DNA from: Betaproteobacteria bacterium
GTDB taxonomy: Bacteria; Pseudomonadota; Gammaproteobacteria; Burkholderiales; Burkholderiaceae_E
Reading direction: 5' to 3'
DNA length: 32,475 nt
Assembly: GCA_009922405.1 (NCBI GenBank)
Contig: RFVZ01000001.1
Coordinates: 1 to 32,475 of the forward strand
Under the pieces are notes generated by a model, which was not told the origin of the DNA, searched no databases, and saw nothing but the letters and a program-made list of their open reading frames with translations. The stretch's first letter is position 1; the number at the start of each line of letters is the position of its first letter. This document shows positions 1-8,578 of this stretch, one piece after another. A program made the position numbers and the translations under genes.

Positions 1-284
1 TAAAGCGCCTGATCCTCCTGATCGGGATCAAACCTCGGCGCACCCCAATACGCCATGACTGAATCTCCGATGTACTTATCCACGGTACCCCGAAACCGAA
101 GGATCACCTCGGTCATCTCGGTGAGAAAACGATGGACATACCAATGCAGGGCTAGCGGGTCGAGCTGCTCTGCGATTCGGGAAAAGCCGCGAATGTCGGC
201 GAAAAGAATCGTCAACTCCCGCGCCTCGCTGGCCGCAACCCGAGTGGGCATGGCGGGGGTCGAAATGATCTGCCTTGGCTCCAT
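1..284 (-). CDS. Class III adenylate/guanylate cyclase domain protein, 5' part only (runs off the window start)
   Basis: Not in the supplied ORF track because it is open at the window edge. My translation of the minus strand from ATG 284-282 is MEPRQIISTPAMPTRVAASEARELTILFADIRGFSRIAEQLDPLALHWYVHRFLTEMTEVILRFRGTVDKYIGDSVMAYWGAP... 'ILFADIRGF' and 'GTVDKYIGDSVMAYWGAP' are signature blocks of class III nucleotidyl cyclase catalytic domains. An in-frame TGA about 45 nt upstream fixes the N-terminus near 284. Confidence 0.75.
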   Translation of the reverse strand, partial: MEPRQIISTPAMPTRVAASEARELTILFADIRGFSRIAEQLDPLALHWYVHRFLTEMTEVILRFRGTVDKYIGDSVMAYWGAPRFDPDQEDQAL

Positions 285-356
285 GGGTCGGCAGTGTCCG
301 GGAGTGGTCTGGATACGGTCAAGGCCTCATTTGGCAGTGCAATGGCATAGCAATTT

Positions 357-1631
357 TCAGTCCCCCAACTCCGTCATGGCCCGAGCACAAACCGTTGCGG
401 AGGACCATGCCCACTGAAAGTTGTACCCGCCCAGCCACCCCGTGATGTCGACCACTTCTCCAATGAAGTGCAGGCGCGGGATCCGACGGCTCTCCATCGT
501 TCGCGGGTCCAATTCTCGGGTGGAGACCCCGCCTCGCATGACCTCGGCCTTGCGCCACCCCTCGGAGCCGGATGGCGTCATCGTCCAGGACTGGATTCGC
601 CCCGAAAGATCCTCCAACACCCGATCTGGAAAGTCAGCAATTCGGCTCGAACCCAACGCCGCAGGGTGACCAGTGAGCGGCTCGAATCCATCCTGAGCCA
701 ATCGCCGTGGCAAGCGCTCCGCCAAAATGGTCGACAAGGCTTTGCGTCCACCGGACTTCAGTTGAACCAAATCCTTCGCCAATTCCTGACCCGGCAGAAG
801 ATTGACCTGCAACGCATCACCCGGGCGCCAAAAACTGGACGTCTGCAGCACGGCAGGACCACTCAATCCACGATGCGTGAAGAGTAGGTCCTCGACGAAA
901 CGAACTGGTTTGGTCCGTCGACCCGAAGCCACCGGGTCGACCGACTGTGGTTGAACCTGAATACCCACCTCGAGCGAAATGCCAGCCAACGGCACGAATG
1001 CGGTCCAGTCCTGGGGCGCAAATGTCAATGGAACCAGCGCGGGGCGGGGTTCAACGACGATCAACCCGAATTGTTTCGCCAATATCAGCCCCCAATCCGT
1101 GGCACCAATCTTGGGCACAGGCAGCCCGCCAGTGGCCACGACCAGTCGCCTGGCATCGATCGAACCCGCGTCGGTCTGGAGTTGAAACCCCTGCCCGGAT
1201 CGCGCAACGGACCGAACCGCAACCGGCCTCCGCCATTCGACACCGGCTCGGTCGCACTCGGCGACCAGCATCGCAATGATCTCCTCAGCGGATGTGTCGC
1301 AAAACAATTGGCCGCGGTGCTTCTCATGAAAACCGATCCGATACCGGCGAACCAAGTCGACAAACTCGGCAGGCGGATGTTCGCGCAAGGCAAATCGCGC
1401 AAACAGCGGGTCGTCACCCAGGTAACGATCAATCTGATCGCCCTCGAGGTTCGTAAAATTGCAACGACCACCACCCGAAATACGGATCTTTTCAGCCAAT
1501 CGAGGGGCATGATCGATCAGGACGACCCGGGCGCCGCGCCCGCCCGCCTGAGCGGCACAGTGCATTCCTGCAGCGCCAGCACCGACAATCGCTACATCAA
1601 AAGAACCCGGACCCTTGATCGTTCGAGTCAT
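357..1631 (-). CDS. NAD(P)/FAD-dependent oxidoreductase, HI0933/YhiN (BaiN-like) family
   Basis: 424-aa ORF. It has an N-terminal dinucleotide-binding motif (DVAIVGAGAAGMHCA) followed by 'ISGGGRCNFTN' and a C-terminal 'GGYNFQWAWSSG'-like block (GWLGGYNFQWAWSSA), typical of the HI0933 flavoprotein family. ATGA start/stop overlap with the upstream ybiB-like gene. Confidence 0.85.
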   Translation of the reverse strand: MTRTIKGPGSFDVAIVGAGAAGMHCAAQAGGRGARVVLIDHAPRLAEKIRISGGGRCNFTNLEGDQIDRYLGDDPLFARFALREHPPAEFVDLVRRYRIGFHEKHRGQLFCDTSAEEIIAMLVAECDRAGVEWRRPVAVRSVARSGQGFQLQTDAGSIDARRLVVATGGLPVPKIGATDWGLILAKQFGLIVVEPRPALVPLTFAPQDWTAFVPLAGISLEVGIQVQPQSVDPVASGRRTKPVRFVEDLLFTHRGLSGPAVLQTSSFWRPGDALQVNLLPGQELAKDLVQLKSGGRKALSTILAERLPRRLAQDGFEPLTGHPAALGSSRIADFPDRVLEDLSGRIQSWTMTPSGSEGWRKAEVMRGGVSTRELDPRTMESRRIPRLHFIGEVVDITGWLGGYNFQWAWSSATVCARAMTELGD

Positions 1632-2578
1632 CTCGCAGACGCTCCCGATGAAATCGACATCGATGTCCGGGCAGCATTTGCCACCGCCCGGACTTGAGCC
1701 GCAATGATGTCCGGAACGGGATTCACACCTGCCAGTACCGCCGCGATCCAGACCGCCGTCGAATGCGCATCCCGCTCGGGCCAGATCGGTTCGCCCCCCG
1801 CCGCGACGGACTGGCCTTCCAAGACCGTCTGCCAGCGACCGCCGGTTAGCCAGTCAATCCTCGAGGGCCGCCGAACGTTGGCCACCACCTCACCCTCGGT
1901 GGCGCGCATGACCATCGCATGGGCGTCCAACCGCTCCAACGTCGCACGTTGAAGACGAGCAAACTCCGGGTGGGTGTAGGCCGACAAACGCAGGCAAGCC
2001 GGCAGCGCCGTCGGATTGAAGAGTTTGGCAATGGTATGGCCCGTATTACGCAACCCAAGTAGGGTTCGAAATCCCAACATTCGGGCAAGCGGAGGCGCCA
2101 GAATATCGATCGGCACGAAGGCTGGTTCGCCCCGTTGGAGACTCACTTCAGCCTGCCCGATTGACTCGCACGGATGCCGCCCCAACGCAGACCAGATTTC
2201 AGCGCTGGCCGTGCGGCCAGGATCGTGGCGCACGCCATGCAGGATCACCTGAATACCTTCGCGCGCCAGCAAGCAGGCCAGGAGCGGCACCAGATTGGGT
2301 GCATTGCGAGCCCCGTTATAGGTTGGGATCGAAACCACAGGTCGCCCCGCCTCCACGCTAATCCGCTCCTGCCGGCCCTGCAGCGCATCGAGGGCGCCAA
2401 CCAGTTCTTCAACTGATTCGCCCTTCATGCGCAGCGCGATCAAGACGGCACCGACCTGCGCGGGATCCAACAACCCATCGAGAAGCCAGGAAAAAAGTTC
2501 GGCAGCCTCGTGGCGCTCGAGGCTTCGGGCCCCTGAGGCGCCGCGTCCGATCCGTTTCAGCAGCGGTTGAAGATTCAT
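1628..2578 (-). CDS. ybiB: YbiB-like glycosyl transferase family 3 / anthranilate phosphoribosyltransferase-like DNA-binding protein
   Basis: The track ORF is 1628-2782. I place the start at ATG 2578 ([20 protein letters not shown]...), which matches the E. coli YbiB N-terminus (..IIKEIGRGKNHARDL..) and the '[10 protein letters not shown]', 'IPTYNGAR' and 'HGTEGE'-like (ATEGEV) blocks. The longer ORF would overlap tsaD. Confidence 0.8.
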   Translation of the reverse strand: MNLQPLLKRIGRGASGARSLERHEAAELFSWLLDGLLDPAQVGAVLIALRMKGESVEELVGALDALQGRQERISVEAGRPVVSIPTYNGARNAPNLVPLLACLLAREGIQVILHGVRHDPGRTASAEIWSALGRHPCESIGQAEVSLQRGEPAFVPIDILAPPLARMLGFRTLLGLRNTGHTIAKLFNPTALPACLRLSAYTHPEFARLQRATLERLDAHAMVMRATEGEVVANVRRPSRIDWLTGGRWQTVLEGQSVAAGGEPIWPERDAHSTAVWIAAVLAGVNPVPDIIAAQVRAVANAARTSMSISSGASAR

Positions 2579-2599
2579 GCGCGGTATCCTACTCAGATC

Positions 2600-3637
2600 A
2601 TGCTTGTACTCGGGATCGAATCTTCGTGCGACGAAACCGGTGTTGCACTCTATGACACGGTTAGGGGTCTGCGCGCACAAGCACTGCATTCTCAGGTCGC
2701 CATGCATGAGCAATACGGGGGCGTTGTGCCGGAGCTCGCCTCGCGGGACCACATCCGCCGGGTCTTGCCACTCACCGACCAAGTGCTTCGTGAAGCGAGC
2801 GCAAGCCGCGCAGATCTGGACGCAATTGCCTACACGGCGGGGCCGGGTCTGATCGGCGCGCTTCTGGTTGGCGCCTCAGTCGCCACTGCGGCTGCCTGGG
2901 CACTTGAGGTCCCAGCAATCGGTATCCATCACCTCGAAGGCCACCTGCTCAGTCCCCTGCTTTCTAGCGACCCGCCGGATTTTCCATTCGTGGCCTTGCT
3001 GGTTTCTGGCGGACACACGCAATTGCTCGAAGTCACCGCCATTGGCCGCTATCGACTGCTTGGCGATACCCTCGACGATGCGGCCGGGGAAGCGTTTGAT
3101 AAATCCGCCAAATTGCTGGGCCTGGGCTACCCGGGTGGCCCCGCAATCGCCCGCCTCGCCGACACTGGCGACCCAAGGCGATTCGCTTTGCCCCGCCCCA
3201 TGCTCCGGTCTGGCAATCTCGAGTTTTCATTCAGCGGACTCAAAACAGCGGTCGCGACACAGGTGCAACGCACCCAACGCGACGAGGTCCCCAACACCGC
3301 GCAAGACCCCCAATTTCGAGCCGATCTCGCCGCGGCCGTTCAAGCAGCCATTGTCGAAGTACTGGTGGCCAAGTCATTAAGCGCACTCAAAACAACCGGA
3401 CACCGCACCTTGGTGGTCGCCGGCGGGGTCAGCGCGAATCGCCTGCTGCGCGAACAGTTCGCGCGTGCCCAAGCCAAACTGGGCGTCCGCGTTTGTTTTC
3501 CCGAACCTGAACTCTGTACCGATAACGGCGCCATGATCGCCTTCGCCGGCGCACTGCGCCTGAGCTCTGGGCTACCAACCCCGGACCAGCGCGTCCGTCC
3601 GCGTTGGCCCCTCGAAGAACTTACACCCAACGGTTGA
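2600..3637 (+). CDS. tsaD: tRNA N6-adenosine threonylcarbamoyltransferase TsaD
   Basis: [19 protein letters not shown]..., 'HHLEGHL', '[10 protein letters not shown]' and 'CTDNGAMIA' are canonical TsaD/Kae1 motifs. The start is set at ATG 2600 by alignment with E. coli MRVLGIETSCDETG (track ORF starts at 2567). Confidence 0.95.
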   Translation: MLVLGIESSCDETGVALYDTVRGLRAQALHSQVAMHEQYGGVVPELASRDHIRRVLPLTDQVLREASASRADLDAIAYTAGPGLIGALLVGASVATAAAWALEVPAIGIHHLEGHLLSPLLSSDPPDFPFVALLVSGGHTQLLEVTAIGRYRLLGDTLDDAAGEAFDKSAKLLGLGYPGGPAIARLADTGDPRRFALPRPMLRSGNLEFSFSGLKTAVATQVQRTQRDEVPNTAQDPQFRADLAAAVQAAIVEVLVAKSLSALKTTGHRTLVVAGGVSANRLLREQFARAQAKLGVRVCFPEPELCTDNGAMIAFAGALRLSSGLPTPDQRVRPRWPLEELTPNG

Positions 3638-3669
3638 TTCGAGCGCTCTGCGTGCAACCGAGCACTTAA

Positions 3670-3740
3670 GCCTCGAGTCAGGGGTGCGAAGGTTCGAGGC
3701 GCCCAAGAAATCCGCTTGGGCCACCTTTCTGGGGTTTCTC
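3670..3740 (+). other. Two consecutive hairpins between tsaD and the dehydrogenase gene (possible weak terminator or leader structure)
   Basis: GCCTCGA (3670-3676) pairs with TCGAGGC (3694-3700). GCCCAAG (3701-3707) pairs with CTTGGGC (3715-3721) across a 7-nt loop, followed by CACCTTTCTGGGGTTTCTC and then ATG 3741. The T-tract is poor, so the function is uncertain. Confidence 0.3.
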
Positions 3741-5174
3741 ATGCGCCTGACATCCAGTAACCATCGGTCGATCGTTGAGCTTGCCCCAAATCCGCTCGCC
3801 GAACTCGCTCCGCCAGCGCACGCACCCCAGCCAGAGCGCAGCGCCGAACCTGAACCCAGCGCACTGCCCGCTTTATCACGGGTTCGTCTACACACACTGC
3901 GTATCGGGGTGGTCGGTTTAGGGTACGTCGGCCTGCCTTTGGCCGTCGCTTTCGGGCGACGCTTCCAAACCACCGGGCACGATGCATCTGCCGGGCATAT
4001 CGACCGCTTGCAGTCTGGTCACGATCCTGCGGGAGAGATCGAACCGAGCCAACTCCTGAGCGCCCAGCGCCTTCAATTTACCGGCAATCCCGAATCGCTC
4101 AGCGATTGCGAGATGATCTTTGTCTGCGTTCCAACCCCCGTCAATGAAGCACATCAACCCGACTTTGGCCCACTGATCGACGCGACGCGCACGGTCGCCC
4201 GCACCCTCCGAAAGGGCGCCGTCGTCATCTACGAATCCACGGTTTACCCGGGCGCCACCGAAGAAATCTGCATTCCTATCCTTGAAGCTGAATCCGGATT
4301 ACGCTGGAAACAGGACTTCCATGTGGGTTACTCCCCCGAGCGTATCAACCCTGGTGACCGCAAACACACGCTCAGTACGGTCTGCAAAGTGGTCTCAGGA
4401 GATACACCCGAAGCGCTTGAACTGATCGCCCAGACCTATGAGCAGATCGTTGAAGCGGGCGTCTTCAGGGCCAGCAGTATCGCGGTCGCAGAGGCCTCCA
4501 AAGTGATTGAGAACACTCAGCGCGACCTCAACATCGCCCTCATGAACGAGTTGTCCCTGATCTTTCACCGCATGGGGCTCGACACCCACGAGGTGCTTGA
4601 AGCGGCCGGCACCAAGTGGAATTTCCTGCCCTTTCGTCCTGGCCTGGTCGGCGGACACTGCATCGGAGTCGATCCGTATTACCTGACCCACAAAGCCGAA
4701 AAACTCGGCTACCACCCCCAAGTCATCCTCGCAGGACGACGAATCAATGATGGGATGGGCAAATACGTCGCTGAACAAACCGTCAAAGAAATCACCAAGG
4801 CAGGGCTGCCGGTCGCGGGAGCTCCTGTCACGATCCTGGGCCTCACCTTCAAGGAAGACGTCGCCGACCTGCGTAACTCGAGGGTCTTCGACGTTGTCAG
4901 CGAGTTACGAAGCTATGGCGCCCAGGTCCATGTGCATGATCCGGTTGCTGATCCGGCCGAGGCGTTAAGGGAATACGGCATCACGCTCAAATCCTGGGAC
5001 CAGCTACCGCGCTCCAATGCGATTGTCGCCGCCGTTGCCCACCGGTCATTAACCCAGCTTCCGATTGAACAAATTGCCCAAAAGCTCTATCCGGGTGGCG
5101 TTTTTATCGATATCAAGTCCGCCTTCCCCGCCACCGAATTGACGCGCCTTGGCGCGCGCGTCTGGCGACTTTGA
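3684..5174 (+). CDS. UDP-N-acetylhexosamine 6-dehydrogenase (TviB/WbpO/WbpA-type nucleotide-sugar dehydrogenase)
   Basis: Rossmann motif VVGLGYVGLPLAVAF; 'VYESTVYPG', 'VGYSPERINPGD', 'KVIENTQRDLNIALMNEL' and 'FRPGLVGGHCIGVDPYYLTHK' (catalytic Cys). By eye it is nearly colinear with Salmonella TviB. The start is uncertain (GTG 3684 or ATG 3741), and either choice leaves a Pro/Ala-rich N-terminal extension. Confidence 0.9.
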   Translation: MRRFEAPKKSAWATFLGFLMRLTSSNHRSIVELAPNPLAELAPPAHAPQPERSAEPEPSALPALSRVRLHTLRIGVVGLGYVGLPLAVAFGRRFQTTGHDASAGHIDRLQSGHDPAGEIEPSQLLSAQRLQFTGNPESLSDCEMIFVCVPTPVNEAHQPDFGPLIDATRTVARTLRKGAVVIYESTVYPGATEEICIPILEAESGLRWKQDFHVGYSPERINPGDRKHTLSTVCKVVSGDTPEALELIAQTYEQIVEAGVFRASSIAVAEASKVIENTQRDLNIALMNELSLIFHRMGLDTHEVLEAAGTKWNFLPFRPGLVGGHCIGVDPYYLTHKAEKLGYHPQVILAGRRINDGMGKYVAEQTVKEITKAGLPVAGAPVTILGLTFKEDVADLRNSRVFDVVSELRSYGAQVHVHDPVADPAEALREYGITLKSWDQLPRSNAIVAAVAHRSLTQLPIEQIAQKLYPGGVFIDIKSAFPATELTRLGARVWRL

Positions 5175-6418
5175 AGGCGATTGATCACCGGGGCTCTGAA
5201 CCACTGCTCCGCATTGCCTGCATGCTCCGCGACCCCTACCCGCCGTATCGCGCCGACATGGCCGTTCTTTTTGGGCGTTGCCTCCCACTGCGCGGCATTC
5301 AGACGGACTTACTGGCCGCCATGGATCCCGGTCGCCCACAAACGCCATGGCCAGCCGGAAAATCGATCGTTCGACGCTTACCAGGTCCCCGCTGGTTTGC
5401 CTATCTGTGTCTCCCACTGGTCGATCTACCGATTTTTGGTTGGGCCAGGCAGGCCGACTTTGTCCAGGCCCGAGACCGTATCCGTTCGGGACTGATTGGA
5501 CTGCTGGCAGCGCGGATCTTTGCCAAGCCCTTCATCTACTGGATGTCATTCCCGATTGCTCAAGGACATGAGGTACGGGCCCGTGAACTCCGGATCGAAG
5601 ACGGCAAACTCAGAAAGGCCGCGGCACACGCCCGCGCTTGGCTGGCCCAGCGGGCAGAGTCGTGGGTTTTGCGGCGCGCGGACCATCTATTTGTCCAAAG
5701 CCAAGCAATGCGAGATGGTCTAGTCCTCACAGGTTTAAAGCCTGAAAAGATGACTGTGGTCCCGATGGGCATTGATCTCGATCGCTTCCTGCCGGCACCA
5801 ACCCCATTCTCGGATCCAATCCTTTCCAATCGTCGCGTCATCGCGCATCTCGGAACGATCGGCCGGTCGCGATCAACCGACTTCCTCCTTGAACTCATCC
5901 AGACGTTGAGGGTTGAGTTCCCGGATGTCCTGTTACTCATCGTCGGTGATGGGCTTAACGAGGACGACCGGCACTGGATCCGGCAAGAATTAATCCAACG
6001 TGACCTCGCTAAACACGTCCACCTGACCGGCTGGATTGAGCAGAGCGAAGCCCTGCGCTGGGTCGCGAGTGCTTCGATTGGTCTGTCCCCCATCCCGCGG
6101 GGAGCTCTCTTCGACGTCTCGTCGCCCACCAAGGTGGGCGAATACCTCGCTCTCGGAATCCCCTGCGTGGCCAATGACATTCCTGACCAACGATGGGTCC
6201 TAGAGCAGAGTCGCGGCGGATTTTGTATACCGATGCAAATCGATGCATTTGTGGCAGCGATTCGAACGCTACTCCTCGATCCCGAAAAGGCGCGCTTCAT
6301 GGGCGCAGAAGGCCGACGCTGGATCTCAGAGCACCGCAGCTACGAGCAACTGGCCGATCAGGTCGCCACCACCTACCGGATGGTCGCAATCGGTGACACA
6401 TCCGTGACACATCGGTAA
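5171..6418 (+). CDS. Glycosyltransferase family 4 (GT-B, retaining type)
   Basis: The C-terminal GT1/GT4 signature is present: 'LIVGDG', 'VHLTGWI' and 'SPTKVGEYLALGIPCVAND' (EX7E-like). The TTG start at 5171 forms a TTGA overlap with the dehydrogenase stop. The first internal ATG would cut the first beta-strand (LLRIACML). Confidence 0.8.
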   Translation: MKAIDHRGSEPLLRIACMLRDPYPPYRADMAVLFGRCLPLRGIQTDLLAAMDPGRPQTPWPAGKSIVRRLPGPRWFAYLCLPLVDLPIFGWARQADFVQARDRIRSGLIGLLAARIFAKPFIYWMSFPIAQGHEVRARELRIEDGKLRKAAAHARAWLAQRAESWVLRRADHLFVQSQAMRDGLVLTGLKPEKMTVVPMGIDLDRFLPAPTPFSDPILSNRRVIAHLGTIGRSRSTDFLLELIQTLRVEFPDVLLLIVGDGLNEDDRHWIRQELIQRDLAKHVHLTGWIEQSEALRWVASASIGLSPIPRGALFDVSSPTKVGEYLALGIPCVANDIPDQRWVLEQSRGGFCIPMQIDAFVAAIRTLLLDPEKARFMGAEGRRWISEHRSYEQLADQVATTYRMVAIGDTSVTHR

Positions 6419-6425
6419 TACATCA

Positions 6426-7607
6426 GTGACAGATCTCATCGCGCTCAATGGACGTTTGCTTGCCTCAATCAAGGCGGACGACTACGCCGGCCACGATCCC
6501 TTTGATTTTTTAAATAGCAGGCTCTTTCAGGCGACCCCGCTCAATCAAAACCGCATCGCACGGCTGGTTTGGCTTCAACTTGGCAAGCACCTGCCAATTA
6601 ATCTGCGTCCACTGCTGCAAGTGCCCAAAATGCGCAACCCCAAGGGAATTGCCCTTTGCCTGGCGGGTCTGTTGCAGGACTATCGACGTACCTCGAGGCC
6701 CGAATTTCTCGACGAGGCAAAACGTCTTGGGCCATGGCTAATTAGTCAGAGAAGCGATCCTGAGTTCTGGCAATCCCCCTGCTGGGGCTACCACTTTGAC
6801 TGGCAGGCGCGCGCCTTCCATGTCCCCGCGGGCAAACCCAACATCATCACCACCTGTTATGTGGCCCGAGCGCTTTATGCGCTGGGTCAACAAACCGCCG
6901 ACAGTCGCTTGATGGAGCTGGCCCTGAGTTCCGCCCGATTCATGGCCGACCACCTCTACACCGAGCGCGATGGTCAAGCGTTTTATGCATATATCCCCGG
7001 AGAAACCGCATTCGTGCACAACGCAAGCCTATGGGGTGCGGCCTGGTGCGCATTTGCAGGACATCAAACCGGCCGCGTCGATCTCGTCGACCAGGCCATG
7101 CGCGTGACCCGCGAAACCGTCAGCGCCCAATCCGCTGATGGATCCTGGGTCTACGGCACGCGCAAGCATCACCAATTCGTCGACAGCTTTCACACGGGTT
7201 TCAACCTGGAAGCCCTTTGCCTCATCCGCGACGTCACCCGAAGCGTTGAATTCGATGACTGCATTCGGCGCGGCTATGACTATTACGTCAGCACGTTTAT
7301 CACGTCAACGGGCGATATCAATTACTACAAAACCTCGACCTACCCCCTCGACATGCACAGCGTAGCGCAGGCCGTGATCACTCTATTGACGACCGGAAAT
7401 GGACCGACCGCGCGGGAGCAGTCGACCCTCATTCTGAGTCGTGCGATCGAATGCCTTTATCAACCCGCCCGCAATCGATTCGTTTATCAAAAACACCGCT
7501 GGCTTACCAACCGGATCAACTACACCCGCTGGACACAGGCCTGGGCCTATTACGCCCTCGCTTTTTATCACCGTTACTGCGCCGAGCCCTCCAATGCAAC
7601 GAATTGA
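6426..7607 (+). CDS. Uncharacterised protein in the glycosyltransferase operon; Trp/aromatic-rich helical-repeat composition suggests an (alpha/alpha)-toroid fold
   Basis: 393-aa ORF (GTG start) packed between a GT4 and a GT26 gene, overlapping the GT26 start by 14 nt. There is no signal peptide or TM segment. Recurrent aromatic blocks (WGYHFDWQ, NASLWGAAW, DGSWVYG, WTQAWAYYALAFY) resemble six-hairpin glycosidase, epimerase or lyase folds. I recognise no named family with confidence. Confidence 0.55.
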   Translation: MTDLIALNGRLLASIKADDYAGHDPFDFLNSRLFQATPLNQNRIARLVWLQLGKHLPINLRPLLQVPKMRNPKGIALCLAGLLQDYRRTSRPEFLDEAKRLGPWLISQRSDPEFWQSPCWGYHFDWQARAFHVPAGKPNIITTCYVARALYALGQQTADSRLMELALSSARFMADHLYTERDGQAFYAYIPGETAFVHNASLWGAAWCAFAGHQTGRVDLVDQAMRVTRETVSAQSADGSWVYGTRKHHQFVDSFHTGFNLEALCLIRDVTRSVEFDDCIRRGYDYYVSTFITSTGDINYYKTSTYPLDMHSVAQAVITLLTTGNGPTAREQSTLILSRAIECLYQPARNRFVYQKHRWLTNRINYTRWTQAWAYYALAFYHRYCAEPSNATN

Positions 7608-8385
7608 AATCATGGGTTGTCCGATGGATTGCGCAACGATGGTGGAAACCGTCGAGGCCATTCAGAGCAATATCGCGTCGGGTTCATTTACTCAGCATGT
7701 CGTCGTAAATGTCGCAAAGCTGGTGAACATGCAGGCCGATCCGGACCTTCGGGAATCGGTGCAGGCATGCGATCTCATTAACATCGATGGTATGGGGGTG
7801 GTACTGGCTGGACGTTTTCTCGGCCATCCGATCCCAGAACGGGTCGCAGGCATTGACCTGTTTGATGAACTGATCGCGATGAGTGCGCAACATCAATACC
7901 CGGTGTTCCTACTGGGCGCCGAAGAGCCCGTGGTGAAGGCAACTGCCGAGGTTCTTCAGCGCAAGCATCCATCGCTCCAGATTGCTGGCTATCACCATGG
8001 ATTTTTCTGGAACGATGAAGCAGCGGTTGTGTCGACCATCAAGAACTCCGGAGCCAAGCTCCTGTTCGTTGCGATCACTTCGCCGCGAAAAGAAAACTTC
8101 ATCCATCAGTGGCGCGAGGAACTCGGCGTCGATTTCGTGATGGGTGTCGGCGGCACCTTTGACGTTGTTGCGGGCAAAGTCATGCGAGCCCCCGTCTGGA
8201 TGCAACGCGTCGGTCTTGAATGGCTCTTTCGCGCACTCCAGGAACCTGAGCGACTCTGGAAGCGATATCTGACGACGAACAGCCAGTTCTTGGCCATGTT
8301 GGTCATGGCAAAAATCCGCCAGTTATCGAGTCGATCCCGGCCCGAGGGTTCCTCCACAACGGTCGTTCGTGACTTGCCACACTAG
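7594..8385 (+). CDS. WecB/TagA/CpsF-family glycosyltransferase (GT26; ManNAc/ManNAcA-type transferase family)
   Basis: Start set at ATG 7594 (MQRIEIMGCPMDCATM...). 'NVAKLV', 'LINIDGMGVVLA', 'VFLLGA', 'LLFVAITSPRKENF', 'MGVGGTFDVVAG' and 'GLEWLFRALQEPERLWKRY' are typical GT26 blocks. The track ORF 7441-8385 has a spurious 5' extension. Confidence 0.85.
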   Translation: MQRIEIMGCPMDCATMVETVEAIQSNIASGSFTQHVVVNVAKLVNMQADPDLRESVQACDLINIDGMGVVLAGRFLGHPIPERVAGIDLFDELIAMSAQHQYPVFLLGAEEPVVKATAEVLQRKHPSLQIAGYHHGFFWNDEAAVVSTIKNSGAKLLFVAITSPRKENFIHQWREELGVDFVMGVGGTFDVVAGKVMRAPVWMQRVGLEWLFRALQEPERLWKRYLTTNSQFLAMLVMAKIRQLSSRSRPEGSSTTVVRDLPH

Positions 8386-8555
8386 TCCCCCAACCCCGCG
8401 AGGTCATCATGAGCACTGACTGCCAAGGAGTGCTTGCTGACCATGACTGTTGTCGCCAGCCGAATGAAGCCGGCATGGAACAGAATCACCGGAAGAATGG
8501 CCAGTGCCCTTAGGCCATCCAGCTCTTTTCGGTAGTGCGAGCGCTGGTCTGTCAC
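8382..8555 (-). pseudogene. Remnant of an acyltransferase family 3 (OafA/YrhL-type O-acyltransferase) gene, N-terminal about 30 codons only
   Basis: Minus-strand frame (within track ORF 8382-8624) reads (GTG 8555) TDQRSHYRKELDGLRALAILPVILFHAGF, then unrelated sequence and a stop after 57 codons. 'YRxxxDGLRAxAxxxVxxFHAG' is the characteristic N-terminus of Acyl_transf_3 proteins, which are normally 350-650 aa. It lies in the 194-bp gap where the two operons converge. Confidence 0.6.
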
Positions 8556-8578
8556 AACAGGGAGACCCCAGCCAGCGG

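Noticed and set aside
55-417. The 120-aa + strand ORF at the window start.
   Set aside because: The opposite strand over 1-284 encodes clear class III cyclase signature blocks (ILFADIRGF, GTVDKYIGDSVMAYWGAP). The + strand product has no recognisable features and is a shadow ORF typical of GC-rich DNA.
951-1697. Long antisense or alternate-frame ORFs opposite or inside well-supported genes. Examples are 951-1697 (+), 5560-6300 (-), 10506-11288 (-), 19115-19936 (+) and 27815-28555 (+).
   Set aside because: Each fully overlaps a gene with strong family motifs. Their translations are Arg/Pro/Ala/Gly-rich low-complexity strings with no motifs, which is the expected stop-codon-poor shadow frame of GC-rich sequence.
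8497-8529. Hairpin ATGGCC-N10-GGCCAT followed by a TTTT run, which might be a terminator for the + strand GT operon.
   Set aside because: The stem is only 6 bp, the T-run is 7 nt away from the stem, and the sequence falls in the conserved LDGLRALAIL-coding part of the acyltransferase remnant. It is probably coincidental.
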